A DNA stretch of 64,000 bases from Candidatus Woesearchaeota archaeon. GTDB lineage: Archaea; Nanobdellota; Nanobdellia; Woesearchaeales; UBA119. The notes below the pieces were generated by a model. That model saw only the letters and a list, made by a program, of their open reading frames with translations, had not been told where the DNA came from and searched no databases. Every line of letters begins with the position of its first letter. The stretch's first letter is position 1. This document shows, one piece after another, positions 39,382-49,351 of this stretch. The translations under genes were made by a program, and so were the position numbers. Where the stretch lies: the NCBI GenBank assembly GCA_035363095.1, contig DAOSEK010000003.1, positions 8,597 through 72,596 of the forward strand, given 5' to 3'.

Positions 39382-39837
39382 ATGGTTAAACTAAAAAAAA
39401 ATAATAAGGCACAATTTGCAATGGAGTACGTGCTTACTATTGCAATCGTTTTAGCTATTTCAATTCCTGCAATATCCATTGCTTACAGAGAAACAATGGG
39501 AAAAACTAAGGAACTTGAAAAAAATCAGCTACAAACCCTTGCTGAAACGATTGTTACAAATTCCGAGGTTGTTTACTATCACGGTGTTCCAAGCAGGGTT
39601 ACTGCACAAGTTGTTATTCCAACAGATATAACTAGGATAAGAGCAGGAGGCCCTGAGCACGATCACATTATTTTTGATACCCAAAAGTATGGAGAGATTG
39701 CCTTTCCGGGCACAGTTCCTCTAAATTTTTCAATTGTAGGACTTGGAAAAGGAAAAACAAGATTAAAATTTGATTGCGTATATTATACTCTTTCCGATGG
39801 AGGGAAAAAAGCAATTGTTAACATTACTAAATCATAA
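39382..39837 (+). CDS. Archaeal type IV pilin-like protein (class III signal peptide)
   Basis: KA|QFAMEYVLTIAIVLAISIPAI: predicted prepilin peptidase site gives Q+1 and E+5. Confidence 0.55.
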   Translation: MVKLKKNNKAQFAMEYVLTIAIVLAISIPAISIAYRETMGKTKELEKNQLQTLAETIVTNSEVVYYHGVPSRVTAQVVIPTDITRIRAGGPEHDHIIFDTQKYGEIAFPGTVPLNFSIVGLGKGKTRLKFDCVYYTLSDGGKKAIVNITKS

Positions 39838-39876
39838 TAGATCTTAGACTATTTTACGAATATAAATTATTTTAAT

Positions 39877-40323
39877 ATGAAAAAATCACAATCCGCTACT
39901 GAGCTTGCAATAGTAATTGGAATAATGATGGCAGTGATGGTTGTTTTTGTAATGGCCATCTTTTCAAGATACTATGAATTTGCAAAGCTTGAGACACGAA
40001 GAAATTTAGAAGATGTAGCTAGTTATATTGAAAGTGAGATAAAGTTTGCAATAAAAAGCGAAGCAGGCTTTGTTAGAACTTTTTCCCTTCCACAAAATAT
40101 TGCGGGGTTGGGGTATTCCATAACAATTGATAACCCTAAAACTGATTTTTCAGTAATAATTATTAAATATAATAACAACATGGGTTCTGATATAACAATC
40201 CCTTTTGATTATAACATTACAGCAAATAATAATAGGATTAATACAGGTAGCAGTACGAATAAATTAAATAAAAGTACTTCACATCCAAATGTTATCCAAC
40301 TTAATGACCCTCATTTAGAATAG
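39877..40323 (+). CDS. Archaeal type IV pilin-like protein
   Basis: KS|QSATELAIVIGIMMAVMVVFVMAI: Q+1, E+5. Confidence 0.55.
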   Translation: MKKSQSATELAIVIGIMMAVMVVFVMAIFSRYYEFAKLETRRNLEDVASYIESEIKFAIKSEAGFVRTFSLPQNIAGLGYSITIDNPKTDFSVIIIKYNNNMGSDITIPFDYNITANNNRINTGSSTNKLNKSTSHPNVIQLNDPHLE

Positions 40324-40335
40324 TAAAAAGCGTTT

Positions 40336-40773
40336 TTGACAATGGCAAGGAAGAAATCACAAACATGGTCTTTTGATATTGTAGTAGCAACAGTAATCTT
40401 TGTAGGGGTTTTTTTGCTAGTTTTCTTTATTACATCAGAAAAGGTAAATCATCCAACCAACAAGAAAATCTTTGTTCAGCAAGATAGTATTGATAGGGTT
40501 TTCTCAATTAGGACTAACCCTGCACATGGTTTTTTAAATGAACAAAATGTAGTTGACCCCGCAAAACTTCTAAAATTCGCTAAAGACGGCTATGAGAGCT
40601 CAAAAAAATTGCTTGGGGAGAACTATGAGTTTTGCGTAATCTTTGAAGACGAGGAAGGAAAGATTCAACCAATAATTACTCAAGATGGAAAATATTATGT
40701 AGGTATTGGTTCAAACCTTGTGACTATAAAAGGAGATAGCTCGACGACCTATACTTGTGGAGTAGTCATCTAG
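40336..40773 (+). CDS. Archaeal type IV pilin-like protein
   Basis: KS|QTWSFDIVVATVIFVGVFLLVFFI: Q+1, D+6. Confidence 0.45.
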   Translation: MTMARKKSQTWSFDIVVATVIFVGVFLLVFFITSEKVNHPTNKKIFVQQDSIDRVFSIRTNPAHGFLNEQNVVDPAKLLKFAKDGYESSKKLLGENYEFCVIFEDEEGKIQPIITQDGKYYVGIGSNLVTIKGDSSTTYTCGVVI

Positions 40774-40808
40774 TATAAACGTGATGGTTAATAGAAAAAA
40801 CGCTAATT

Positions 40809-42692
40809 TTATGCTCTTCGTTTAAAGAGTTTTTCAAGGTTTTCTTCATCAAATTCAATAATGGTAGGTCTTCCATGAGGGCAAGTGAAAGGATTTACGC
40901 ATTCAAAAAGCTCTTTTAATATATTGTTCATCTGCACAAATGAGAGCTCTTCACCTGCTTTTATTGATTTTTTGCAAGCAATCGTATATAGGATTCTTTG
41001 ATCTATCAAATCAGCTATTGATTTATCTAAGAAATTCTGAGCCAACTCTTCAACTAAAATGTTTGTTTGGTTTTCGTCCATCTCTTTTCCTAAGATAAGG
41101 GGTATTGAACGAATAATCACTTCATTTTCCCCAAACTCTTCTATTTCAAAGCCAATTTTTTTAAAGTAGTTCTTTTTCTCTTTTAGCACTTCTTTATACT
41201 TTTGATTAAGAAAAATTAAGAATGGCTTTAAAAGGACTTGAGAGCTTATTAATCCAGAGTTGTATTCCTTTTCAATCTTTTCAAAATTTATTCTCTCGCA
41301 TGCCGCGTGTTGGTCAATTAATGCAAGCCCTTTTGAGGTTTGAGCAACAATGTATGTTTTATTAACTTGCCCTAAAATTCTGAATATAAGTTTATCTTTT
41401 CCATACAAGACATTTATTTGTGTATTCTCATCTTTAGAGCCAGTTTTAGTAGCGATTATTTCATTTTCTTTTAGATCTAATGATGAGAAATCTTTTTTCA
41501 TGAATTTCTCATTTTTAAGTGTTGTAAGTTTTGATTGATTTAATGAGTATTTTGTCTCTTTCTCATTGGTATAGAATTTATCCTGTGATTTGGTAAGTTC
41601 ATCATTTCTAATTGTTCTATTTTCATCTGCGCTTGGATATGATTTATCTTTATTAAGAAATGGGCTATAATTGGGCTTTTTGATTTCCTGACTCTCAATC
41701 AGATTGTTTTCTTTTAAAGTTTTTTTAATTGCTTCATAAACAGAATAATAAACTAGTTGTTCATTATCAAATTTTACTACGAGCTTAGAAGGATGAACAT
41801 TTACATCTATTCTTTTAGGGTCCAAAGTTATTTTTAGTATCACTATAGGCTTTCTTTTTAAAAAAAGCATTGATTTATAAGAATCTATAATTGAAGAGTT
41901 TATTAAATCTGATTTTACATACCTTCCATTAACAAAAATGCTTATGTAATCATTTGATTCTCTAGCAATAGTGGGTTTTCCGGCAAAACCTTTAATTTTG
42001 ATAAATTCATTTTCAAAACTCACATCACAAAGATTTTTTGCAATAAGATTTCCATAAATATAGCTTATTCTGGAGATTTCATCAATCCCATTTGGAACCT
42101 TTAAAAATGGCTGTTTCTCTTTATATAAAAAAAAGCTTATATTCGGAAATGAGAGAGCATATCTTTGTATTAGATCTGATATATGCGAGAATTCAGTCGC
42201 ATCAGATTTGAGATATTTTTTTCTTGCAGGAGTATTATAAAATAAATCCTTGACAATCACACTTGTTCCTAATGGATGTGATACTTGGGTAATTTTGCTA
42301 TCTTCGGAGTTAATTTGGTATCCAACGCTTGTTTCTTTTGTTCTTGAAGTTACGCTAACTCTACTAATTGAGGCAATTGATGCTAATGCTTCACCTCTAA
42401 AACCCATTGTAGCAATATTATATAAATCCTCTTCGGTGATGATTTTGCTTGTTGCATACCTTTCAAATAACAAAGGCAAATCATCTTTTTGAATTCCTTG
42501 ACCATTATCTGTAATTCGAATCTCTTTTTTCCCAGATGAAAATATTGTTATTTTTATTTCATCAGCATTAGAATCAATTGAATTTTCAACAAGTTCTTTT
42601 ACAACTGAAACAGGTCTTTCAACTACTTCTCCTGCTGCAATTTTTGCAACAATTTTACCATCCAATCGGTTTATTTTTTGCATTTTATTCAA
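40809..42692 (-). CDS. mutL: DNA mismatch repair protein MutL
   Basis: N-terminal GHKL ATPase IAAGEVVERPVSVVKELVENSIDS...DNGQGI; 627 aa. Confidence 0.9.
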   Translation of the reverse strand: MNKMQKINRLDGKIVAKIAAGEVVERPVSVVKELVENSIDSNADEIKITIFSSGKKEIRITDNGQGIQKDDLPLLFERYATSKIITEEDLYNIATMGFRGEALASIASISRVSVTSRTKETSVGYQINSEDSKITQVSHPLGTSVIVKDLFYNTPARKKYLKSDATEFSHISDLIQRYALSFPNISFFLYKEKQPFLKVPNGIDEISRISYIYGNLIAKNLCDVSFENEFIKIKGFAGKPTIARESNDYISIFVNGRYVKSDLINSSIIDSYKSMLFLKRKPIVILKITLDPKRIDVNVHPSKLVVKFDNEQLVYYSVYEAIKKTLKENNLIESQEIKKPNYSPFLNKDKSYPSADENRTIRNDELTKSQDKFYTNEKETKYSLNQSKLTTLKNEKFMKKDFSSLDLKENEIIATKTGSKDENTQINVLYGKDKLIFRILGQVNKTYIVAQTSKGLALIDQHAACERINFEKIEKEYNSGLISSQVLLKPFLIFLNQKYKEVLKEKKNYFKKIGFEIEEFGENEVIIRSIPLILGKEMDENQTNILVEELAQNFLDKSIADLIDQRILYTIACKKSIKAGEELSFVQMNNILKELFECVNPFTCPHGRPTIIEFDEENLEKLFKRRA

Positions 42693-42945
42693 TTATGTGT
42701 CTTTATTAAATTGTAAGGACTTGAATATATTTAATAATTATAGTGATGATTATATTATCAATAATAATCAATGTTAATATTAATAATAACAACATACAAT
42801 CATCATCATAATGATGATAAGTATGATAAAGCCCATTAGTATAATGATGATAATTATAATAACAACCTACAATCATTAATATAATGACAACATTGATAAT
42901 AATAGTAATAATAATATATCACAGGGCATAAATTGTGTTAAATTA

Positions 42946-45510
42946 TTATTTTTCCCAATTTCTAAAAAGCTCTAATTGTTTGGGTTCTTTTTTTCCTGAG
43001 ACCTTATTTAACATATCATTATCTTTAAAAAATTGTTCTTGAATCTCCTTTGAACGCTCTATTATTTCGTTTGGGATTCCTGCTAATTTTGCAACATGAA
43101 TCCCATAGCTTTTATCTGTTGAGCCTCTAACTATTTTTCTTAAAAAAACAATACCTTCTTCTCTTTCTTTTACCAATATGTTGTAATTTGTTATGTTTTT
43201 ATATTCTTCGGTGAGCTTATTTAATACATGGTAATGCGTTGCGAAGATAGTTTTTGCCTTTATATGTTTATATATGTACTCTGCTATTGACCAAGCAAGG
43301 CTTACACCATCATAAGTTGATGTTCCTCTTCCTAACTCATCAATGATTATCAATGAATCGCTTGTTGCATTGTTTAAAATGTTAGCAGTTTCACTCATTT
43401 CAACCATAAATGTGCTTTGTCCTTGGCTTAGGATATCATGTGCTCCAACCCTGGTGAAAATTCTATCAACCACTCCAATTTTTGCGTGTTTACAAGGAAC
43501 AAAAGAACCTAATTGAGCCATTAGAACTATTAGTGCAATCTGTCTCATAAATGTAGATTTTCCAGCCATATTTGGGCCAGTCAATATTATAAGCTCATTT
43601 GAGGATATTAATATATCATTAGTTATGAAATTATCAATGTGTTGTTCAACAATTGGGTGTCTACCCGACTGGATTTCAATGATTTTATCTCTGTTAATTA
43701 GTGGTTTAGTGTAATTATTTTCAATAGCAATTAAAGCTAAATTTGTTAATACATCAATTAAAGCAAGCTGTCTTGCAATTTGCTGTATATCTTCAATAGT
43801 TTTATACACTGCATTTAGTATTTCTAGGAATAACGAATTCTCAAGGTCTAAAATCCGCTCTTCAGCTCCAAGTATTTGGTTTTCTAGTTCTTTTAGCTTT
43901 TGAGTGGAGTATCTGCTCCCAGAGACAAGAGTTTGTTTTACAACATAATCTCTTGGAACAAGATCTTTTTTTGCATTGCCAATACTAATAAAGTAACCTA
44001 TAACCTTATTGTAATTGATTTTAAGTGTTGAGATATTTGATTTTTGTCTTTCTTCATATTCTAATTGCTGGATGAATTTTTTGCTATTTTTTTTAATTTG
44101 TCTTAAATCATCTAGCTCTTTACTATACCCTTCTTTTATTACATTTCCTTCTCCCACTTTCAAGGCAGGCTCATCTGTTATGCTTTGATCTAAAAGATTT
44201 TTTAAATCAGTTAAGAGAGGTAATGTAGAAATATTTTTTAGTAATGAAGAATTGAATGTAGAAAGCAGATTTTTAAGTTGAGGGAGTTTTCCAATAGTAT
44301 GCCTCAGGGAAGCTAAGTCTTTTGGATTTGCAGATTTAAAAGATACCCTACTAGATATTCTTTCAATATCAAAGCATCCTTCTAAAAGGGTAGAAAGTTC
44401 ATCGCAATTGATTTTATTCTTCTTGAGTTCATCAATTGCTTCAAGCCTTTCTTTTATTTTATCTACATCTTTTAAAGGAGATAAGATCATTCTTTTTATT
44501 AGTCTTGAGCCCATTGCAGTTTTAGTTTTGTCTAATACCTCTAATAAAGTGTATTTTTTGGTTTTATCGTATATATTTTCACATAGTTCAAGATTTCTTA
44601 TGCTATATTCATCTAATACCATGTAATCATTGAAATCAACAAATTTTAGGTTTTTTATGTTTGATATTCCCTGCTTTTGAGTTTCTAAAAGATAACCCAA
44701 TAGTGCACCAGCACTCTTTATTGCAATCTCTTTTGATTCAACACCAAAACGAATCAAAGAGCCTACCTGGAAATGCTCTTTTAATGTATCATATGCATAA
44801 TCATATGAAAAAACTTTGTCATGCAGATATGTTATATAGATCTGTTCTTCTTTTATTTTTGAGATTAGTTCTTTATTTATTGCATAGCTTTCAGGGATTA
44901 AGCATTCGGAAGGAATATAGGATTTTAACACGGAAAATAGATTGTTTATTCCAACACCTTCAGATATTATGAACTCACCTGTAGAGATATCACAAAGTGC
45001 TATTCCAAAACCCTGCGCATTGACAAAGAATGATGCTATAAAATTGTTATTTCCTTTTTCTAAAAGCTCATCCTCTATTATTGTTCCAGGGGTTATTATT
45101 CTTACAATATCCCTTTTTACAAGTCTCCCTTTGGCATTTTTTGGATTTTCTATTTGTTCAACTATTACAACCTTATATCCTAATGTAACAAATTTCTTAA
45201 GATATCCATTTAACGAGTGATATGGAATACCGGCAAGTGGTGCTTTTTTTTCTCCTTTGCCCCTTGAAGTCAAGGTAATTTCTAAAACCCTTGAAGAAGT
45301 TATTGCATCCTCATAAAAAGTTTCATAAAAATCTCCCATTCTAAAAAGAACTATACAATCAGGATGTTTTTGTTTTATCTCAACATACTGTTTCATCGCA
45401 GGGGTTAATTGACTATCATCAAATATCCCATCTTGTTGTTTTTGGTCCATAAAAATAAAGAAGGGAATATTCTTTTTTAAATCTTTATATTTAGCTGTTA
45501 TTTTTGGCAC
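42946..45510 (-). CDS. mutS: DNA mismatch repair protein MutS
   Basis: N-terminal mismatch-binding TPAMKQYVEIKQKHPDCIVLFRMGDFYETFYEDA, Walker A TGPNMAGKST, and DELGRGTSTYDG; 854 aa. Confidence 0.9.
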   Translation of the reverse strand: MPKITAKYKDLKKNIPFFIFMDQKQQDGIFDDSQLTPAMKQYVEIKQKHPDCIVLFRMGDFYETFYEDAITSSRVLEITLTSRGKGEKKAPLAGIPYHSLNGYLKKFVTLGYKVVIVEQIENPKNAKGRLVKRDIVRIITPGTIIEDELLEKGNNNFIASFFVNAQGFGIALCDISTGEFIISEGVGINNLFSVLKSYIPSECLIPESYAINKELISKIKEEQIYITYLHDKVFSYDYAYDTLKEHFQVGSLIRFGVESKEIAIKSAGALLGYLLETQKQGISNIKNLKFVDFNDYMVLDEYSIRNLELCENIYDKTKKYTLLEVLDKTKTAMGSRLIKRMILSPLKDVDKIKERLEAIDELKKNKINCDELSTLLEGCFDIERISSRVSFKSANPKDLASLRHTIGKLPQLKNLLSTFNSSLLKNISTLPLLTDLKNLLDQSITDEPALKVGEGNVIKEGYSKELDDLRQIKKNSKKFIQQLEYEERQKSNISTLKINYNKVIGYFISIGNAKKDLVPRDYVVKQTLVSGSRYSTQKLKELENQILGAEERILDLENSLFLEILNAVYKTIEDIQQIARQLALIDVLTNLALIAIENNYTKPLINRDKIIEIQSGRHPIVEQHIDNFITNDILISSNELIILTGPNMAGKSTFMRQIALIVLMAQLGSFVPCKHAKIGVVDRIFTRVGAHDILSQGQSTFMVEMSETANILNNATSDSLIIIDELGRGTSTYDGVSLAWSIAEYIYKHIKAKTIFATHYHVLNKLTEEYKNITNYNILVKEREEGIVFLRKIVRGSTDKSYGIHVAKLAGIPNEIIERSKEIQEQFFKDNDMLNKVSGKKEPKQLELFRNWEK

Positions 45511-45788
45511 ATATTGATAATCCTATTTTGCGTTCGTATTATTTTATCTGGGCATTATTTTGTTTAGAGAATATTTCATTTAAGTGTTTGATATAGTTTT
45601 ATTTTAAGAACATAAATAGATCATATTTTACACCTTGAGAATATACTTATACAAGAATATCTAGACATAAGTATCAATAGAGATATTTTTAAATTTAGGT
45701 TGTAAAAAATCTGTAAGAAATCTATATCTGAAAAAAATTTTGTTTTAGAAAACTTTAATAAGAAAACCACTTAAGCTAAGCTTAGATT

Positions 45789-45862
45789 GGGCCTATAGCA
45801 TAGCCAGGATAGTGCGGTCGGCTTCGGACCGATTGACGGGGGTTCGAATCCCTCTAGGCTCA
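45789..45862 (+). tRNA. tRNA-Arg (anticodon TCG)
   Basis: Cloverleaf folded by hand: acceptor GGGCCTA/TAGGCTC, D-stem GCAT/GTGC, anticodon stem GTCGG/CCGAT with loop CTTCGGA, T-arm GGGGG-TTCGAAT-CCCTC, discriminator A; 74 nt, no intron. Confidence 0.75.
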
Positions 45863-45992
45863 TAATTTTAAATGTAAAAGTATTTGTTTAAGATTTTAAG
45901 TTATGAATGTTTTTTTTAGAGTATATCTTAAAGAATTAGAAATATTTGATAAGAATTAATCAGGTTATCAATAAGATATAATAATTCATTAC

Positions 45993-46652
45993 TTAAGATA
46001 TTTTAATTAACTCTTCTATGTTTGAGAGTGCAATTATTGCAAAGTTAAAGTGTTTATTTTGGGAGTGCACCAAAAATGCCTTTTTGGCTTTTGAGATAGA
46101 GTTAAGTAAGCGTGTTTTCTCTAGGTCTGTTAAAACTTCATCTTCTATTGCTTTTTTTGCTTCGGAGATTAATTTTTCCAAGCCACTTATACTATACTCC
46201 ATAGAAAACTCTTCAAGATAACGGATATATTTATTAAATAAGTCTATTTTTAAGCTTTTACCAGTTTCATTTATAGATTTTTGGCGCAGTTCAAATAGCT
46301 TATTCATAGTTGATATGGCTTTTCTACTTCTACTTTTATAAGATGTTGCTCCCATTATAAACTGAATAATTATAACACAGATAAATATCAAAAATGAATA
46401 GTGTGTTGGAATAGCAAAATTACAATTGGAATTTATATGAAATAAGAAAAAAAGCAGGTTTAAATCAAACCAAAATACTAAAAACCCTTTCAAAAAATAA
46501 AGGAGTGATATATCAAGCAATTCTTCATTTTTCTTTGATTTAATCTCTTTTAATGCAAAATAATAAGATAATGAGAAGAATATTAAACCTATTGCTCCAG
46601 GTAACCAACGGAATTCTAAAATGCAATTCATAAGTATTTTAAATGAGTGCAA
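45993..46652 (-). CDS. Hypothetical membrane protein with C-terminal coiled-coil region
   Basis: ORF track; N-terminal TM segments; no recognisable family. Confidence 0.35.
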   Translation of the reverse strand: MHSFKILMNCILEFRWLPGAIGLIFFSLSYYFALKEIKSKKNEELLDISLLYFLKGFLVFWFDLNLLFFLFHINSNCNFAIPTHYSFLIFICVIIIQFIMGATSYKSRSRKAISTMNKLFELRQKSINETGKSLKIDLFNKYIRYLEEFSMEYSISGLEKLISEAKKAIEDEVLTDLEKTRLLNSISKAKKAFLVHSQNKHFNFAIIALSNIEELIKIS

Positions 46653-46761
46653 CGTATAAAAAACTTATTTATTATTGTTAAATAGTTAAAAAAATACAGT
46701 TAAAAAATATAGTTAATATAGTTAGAATAAATAATAGATAAAAAAACCTTGGACTAATTAC

Positions 46762-46908
46762 CAATGTATCTCGCAGATATTAGAGCTTAATCGTTTAGTA
46801 AATTCATCTCTTTTTACACAGGCACCAAATTCAAAGAGAGGTTGTTGATTTAAAAAAAGAGTACGGAACCCTCGTGTTGAAACACGAGGTATCCTTTTCT
46901 ATCAATGA
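46762..46908. repeat. Modular hairpin repeat family, copy 10 (partial module + arm with perfect H3 hairpin)
   Basis: tctcgcagatattagagcttaatcgtttagt...aggttgttgatttaaaaaaagagtacggaaccctcgtgttgaaacacgaggtatccttttctatcaatg; H3 cctcgtgtt-gaa-aacacgagg at 46870-46889. Confidence 0.85.
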
Positions 46909-46915
46909 AAGATTA

Positions 46916-47839
46916 TTATTTCTTTTTCTTTTTTACCTTCTTTATCTCTTTTTCAAGGTTTAATTTATCCAATAATTCTTTGTATCTATTTCTTATTGTT
47001 ACCTCAGTTACTCCTGCGACATCAGCGACCTCTCTTTGGGTTCTCTTCTCTCCGTTCATGAGTGCAGCAACATACAAAGCAGCTGCTGCGATTCCAGTTG
47101 GACCTCTACCTGATGTCAGTTCTGAATTTTGAGCCATATCTAAAATTTCAACAGCCTTTGATTGTGTCTCGGGAGCAAGTTTTAGAGAAGACGCAAATCT
47201 TGCAATGTAATCTATTGGATTTGAAGGTAATATCTTTATCTCAAGTTCTCTTGTAATGAAACGATACGTTCTTCCAATCTCTTTTTTATCAATTCCTGAT
47301 GCTTCTGAAAGTTCGTCAAGAGTTCTTGGAACCTCATGTCTTCTGCACGCAGCGTATAGCGAACCTGCGACAACTGATTCCATACTCCTGCCTCTTACAA
47401 GCCCTCTTTGAACAGCTTGTGTGTATATCCTTGCAGATTCTTCTTCTACAGAAACTGGAAGCTTTAGATATGAAGAAACTCTTTTTAGTTCTGCTAAAGC
47501 GAGTTTTAGGTTTCTTTCAATAGCAGTACTAATTCTATACTGCCATTTTCTTAATCTAAAAAATTTATTTTTGGTTTTCCCTGAGAATTTTGATATGTCA
47601 GATTTTCTGCCGATTTCAGTTCCTAAACCCATATCGTATTGGGTATAGGTCATTGGAGCACCTGCCCTTTTTATTGTGCCACTTTCGCTATCTTCAAAGT
47701 TTCTCCACTCTTGACTAAAATCAATCATTTTATCTTCTATTACAAGACCGCAGTCTTTACAAATAATTTCTCCTCTTTCCTTATTATGGAAGAGATTAAT
47801 ACTTGAACATTCCGGACATTTTTTTATGAATTGATCCAT
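46916..47839 (-). CDS. tfb: Transcription initiation factor TFIIB (TFB)
   Basis: N-terminal zinc ribbon CPECSS...CKDCG and two cyclin-fold repeats (RTLDELSEASGIDKKEIGRTYRFI / REVADVAGVTEVTIRNRYKEL). Confidence 0.9.
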   Translation of the reverse strand: MDQFIKKCPECSSINLFHNKERGEIICKDCGLVIEDKMIDFSQEWRNFEDSESGTIKRAGAPMTYTQYDMGLGTEIGRKSDISKFSGKTKNKFFRLRKWQYRISTAIERNLKLALAELKRVSSYLKLPVSVEEESARIYTQAVQRGLVRGRSMESVVAGSLYAACRRHEVPRTLDELSEASGIDKKEIGRTYRFITRELEIKILPSNPIDYIARFASSLKLAPETQSKAVEILDMAQNSELTSGRGPTGIAAAALYVAALMNGEKRTQREVADVAGVTEVTIRNRYKELLDKLNLEKEIKKVKKKKK

Positions 47840-48100
47840 TTTGATCTCTCACATTATTATTTTATTGTACTTCGAAGGGTACACATAATTTGTTTTTTTA
47901 ATTGGTTATTTTATATTTTAAGCATCTATTTTTTAAAAAATATTTTAAATTTTGCGATAGATTTATAAAAAGATAAACTTACTCATATATAAAGCTTTGG
48001 GTATTTCTCGTCTCGACGATTAGAAAATATAGCCCAACCAAGAATATTTTTAGAAAAATAATTTAACGATTAAAAACAATGCTTTTTTATTAAGGGGGTT

Positions 48101-48841
48101 CTATATTTTTATTCGTAATTTATCTCCTATTGAAAAATTATAAAAGTTTGATAATCCAGCATTTATTTCAAATACATATTTTGAATTAAATGAATCATTT
48201 TTTAAAGGATTATAAGATGGGCAGGTTAGATTACATAATGGTAGATTTTTTTCGATATGTACAATTTCACTTTTTTCATTGACCCAGATGATATCTATTG
48301 AAAATAACATTCCTTTCATCCAAAAAGAAAGTGAACCTGGTTTTTCAAATACAAATAACATTCCTGAATCATTTGAAATATTATCTCTTAAACCAAGCCC
48401 TTTTTGTCTTGAACTTAATGTATTTGAAATTTCAGTATAAAAACAGGCTTCTTTAATACATAAAATCGGAAGGTTTTCTTTGTCAAGATTAGAATTTAAA
48501 AGCTCTGAAGACACATAATTTTGCAGTTCCACATTTCTTTGGTCCAATAGTCTTAAATCATCTTCAAAAGAAAATTCCTTATTTAATATTTCATTTTCAC
48601 TTGATTGATTTTTAGAATTAAATGAAGAATTAAAAGAGTGATTAGTTGTTGTGTTATATTCTAAATAAATATCTTTTCTACTAAGATTATAATCATTAAT
48701 TTCTTTTTCTTTAGAAAAGGTTAAAAAAGAATTAGCAGAGTATATATTGGAAATAATTAAGTATGTTACAAACAAAAAAATAATAGCTACTCCTAAACCT
48801 AGTAAATTCTTAAAAATATTGTTTTCAAATCTTTTAACCAT
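48101..48841 (-). CDS. DUF192 domain protein with N-terminal membrane anchor
   Basis: GLGLRDNISNDSGMLFVFEKPGSLSFWMKGMLFSIDIIWVNEKSEIVHI...PLCNLTCPSY matches the DUF192 signature. Confidence 0.55.
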   Translation of the reverse strand: MVKRFENNIFKNLLGLGVAIIFLFVTYLIISNIYSANSFLTFSKEKEINDYNLSRKDIYLEYNTTTNHSFNSSFNSKNQSSENEILNKEFSFEDDLRLLDQRNVELQNYVSSELLNSNLDKENLPILCIKEACFYTEISNTLSSRQKGLGLRDNISNDSGMLFVFEKPGSLSFWMKGMLFSIDIIWVNEKSEIVHIEKNLPLCNLTCPSYNPLKNDSFNSKYVFEINAGLSNFYNFSIGDKLRIKI

Positions 48842-48920
48842 TTGTTTTTACTCTTTAATTTTAACAATTTTTTTAACAATTTTTCTAAAAACAAATCTTA
48901 TATGCATTTTTTTGTGGACA

Positions 48921-49205
48921 TACTTTCCAATCTCTATTAATGAAAAACCTCGGGGTAAAGACCTAAGTGTCTCGTATATAATCGAGGCTAATCGCTTAGT
49001 GAATCCGTCTATTCAAACTTTCGGCTTGAAAAATCAACAACCTCACCCTAAAGAGCAAGGTATGTTGGTAATATAAAAGCATGCGCTGTATTCAAATAGT
49101 TTGTTGATTACAAAAAATTTTACCGAGTCCTCTTGTTAAAACACGAGGTATGCTTTTCGATTAACCAAATTATGCAAAATGAGCGAGCATTTCACGAAAT
49201 CATTT
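48921..49205. repeat. Modular hairpin repeat family, copy 11 (H1 module + core + arm + start of next module)
   Basis: tgaaaaacctcggggtaaagacc...gaggctaatcgcttagtgaatccgtctattcaaactttcggcttgaaaaatcaacaacctcaccctaaagagcaaggtatgttggtaatataaaagcatgcgctgtattcaaatagtttgttgattacaaaaaattttaccgagtcctcttgttaaaacacgaggtatgcttttcgattaaccaaattatgcaaaatgagcgagcatttcacgaaat. Confidence 0.9.
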
Positions 49206-49351
49206 GGTTAATATCATTTAGGGGGATAAGTTTTAAAATAAAAACTCTTGGATTAATAAAGCAAGGTAAGTATTGGCTATTAAACCATTTCTAAATGTAT
49301 TTTAAAAATGTTTATATAACAAAATATTAATTATTCTAAATTGAAGATGAG

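Noticed and set aside
42693-42945. AT-only spacer between mutL and mutS as a possible origin of replication or mobile element end
   Set aside because: It has no ORB-like repeats, no flanking cdc6/orc gene, and no terminal inverted repeats. It is more simply a low-complexity intergenic promoter region.
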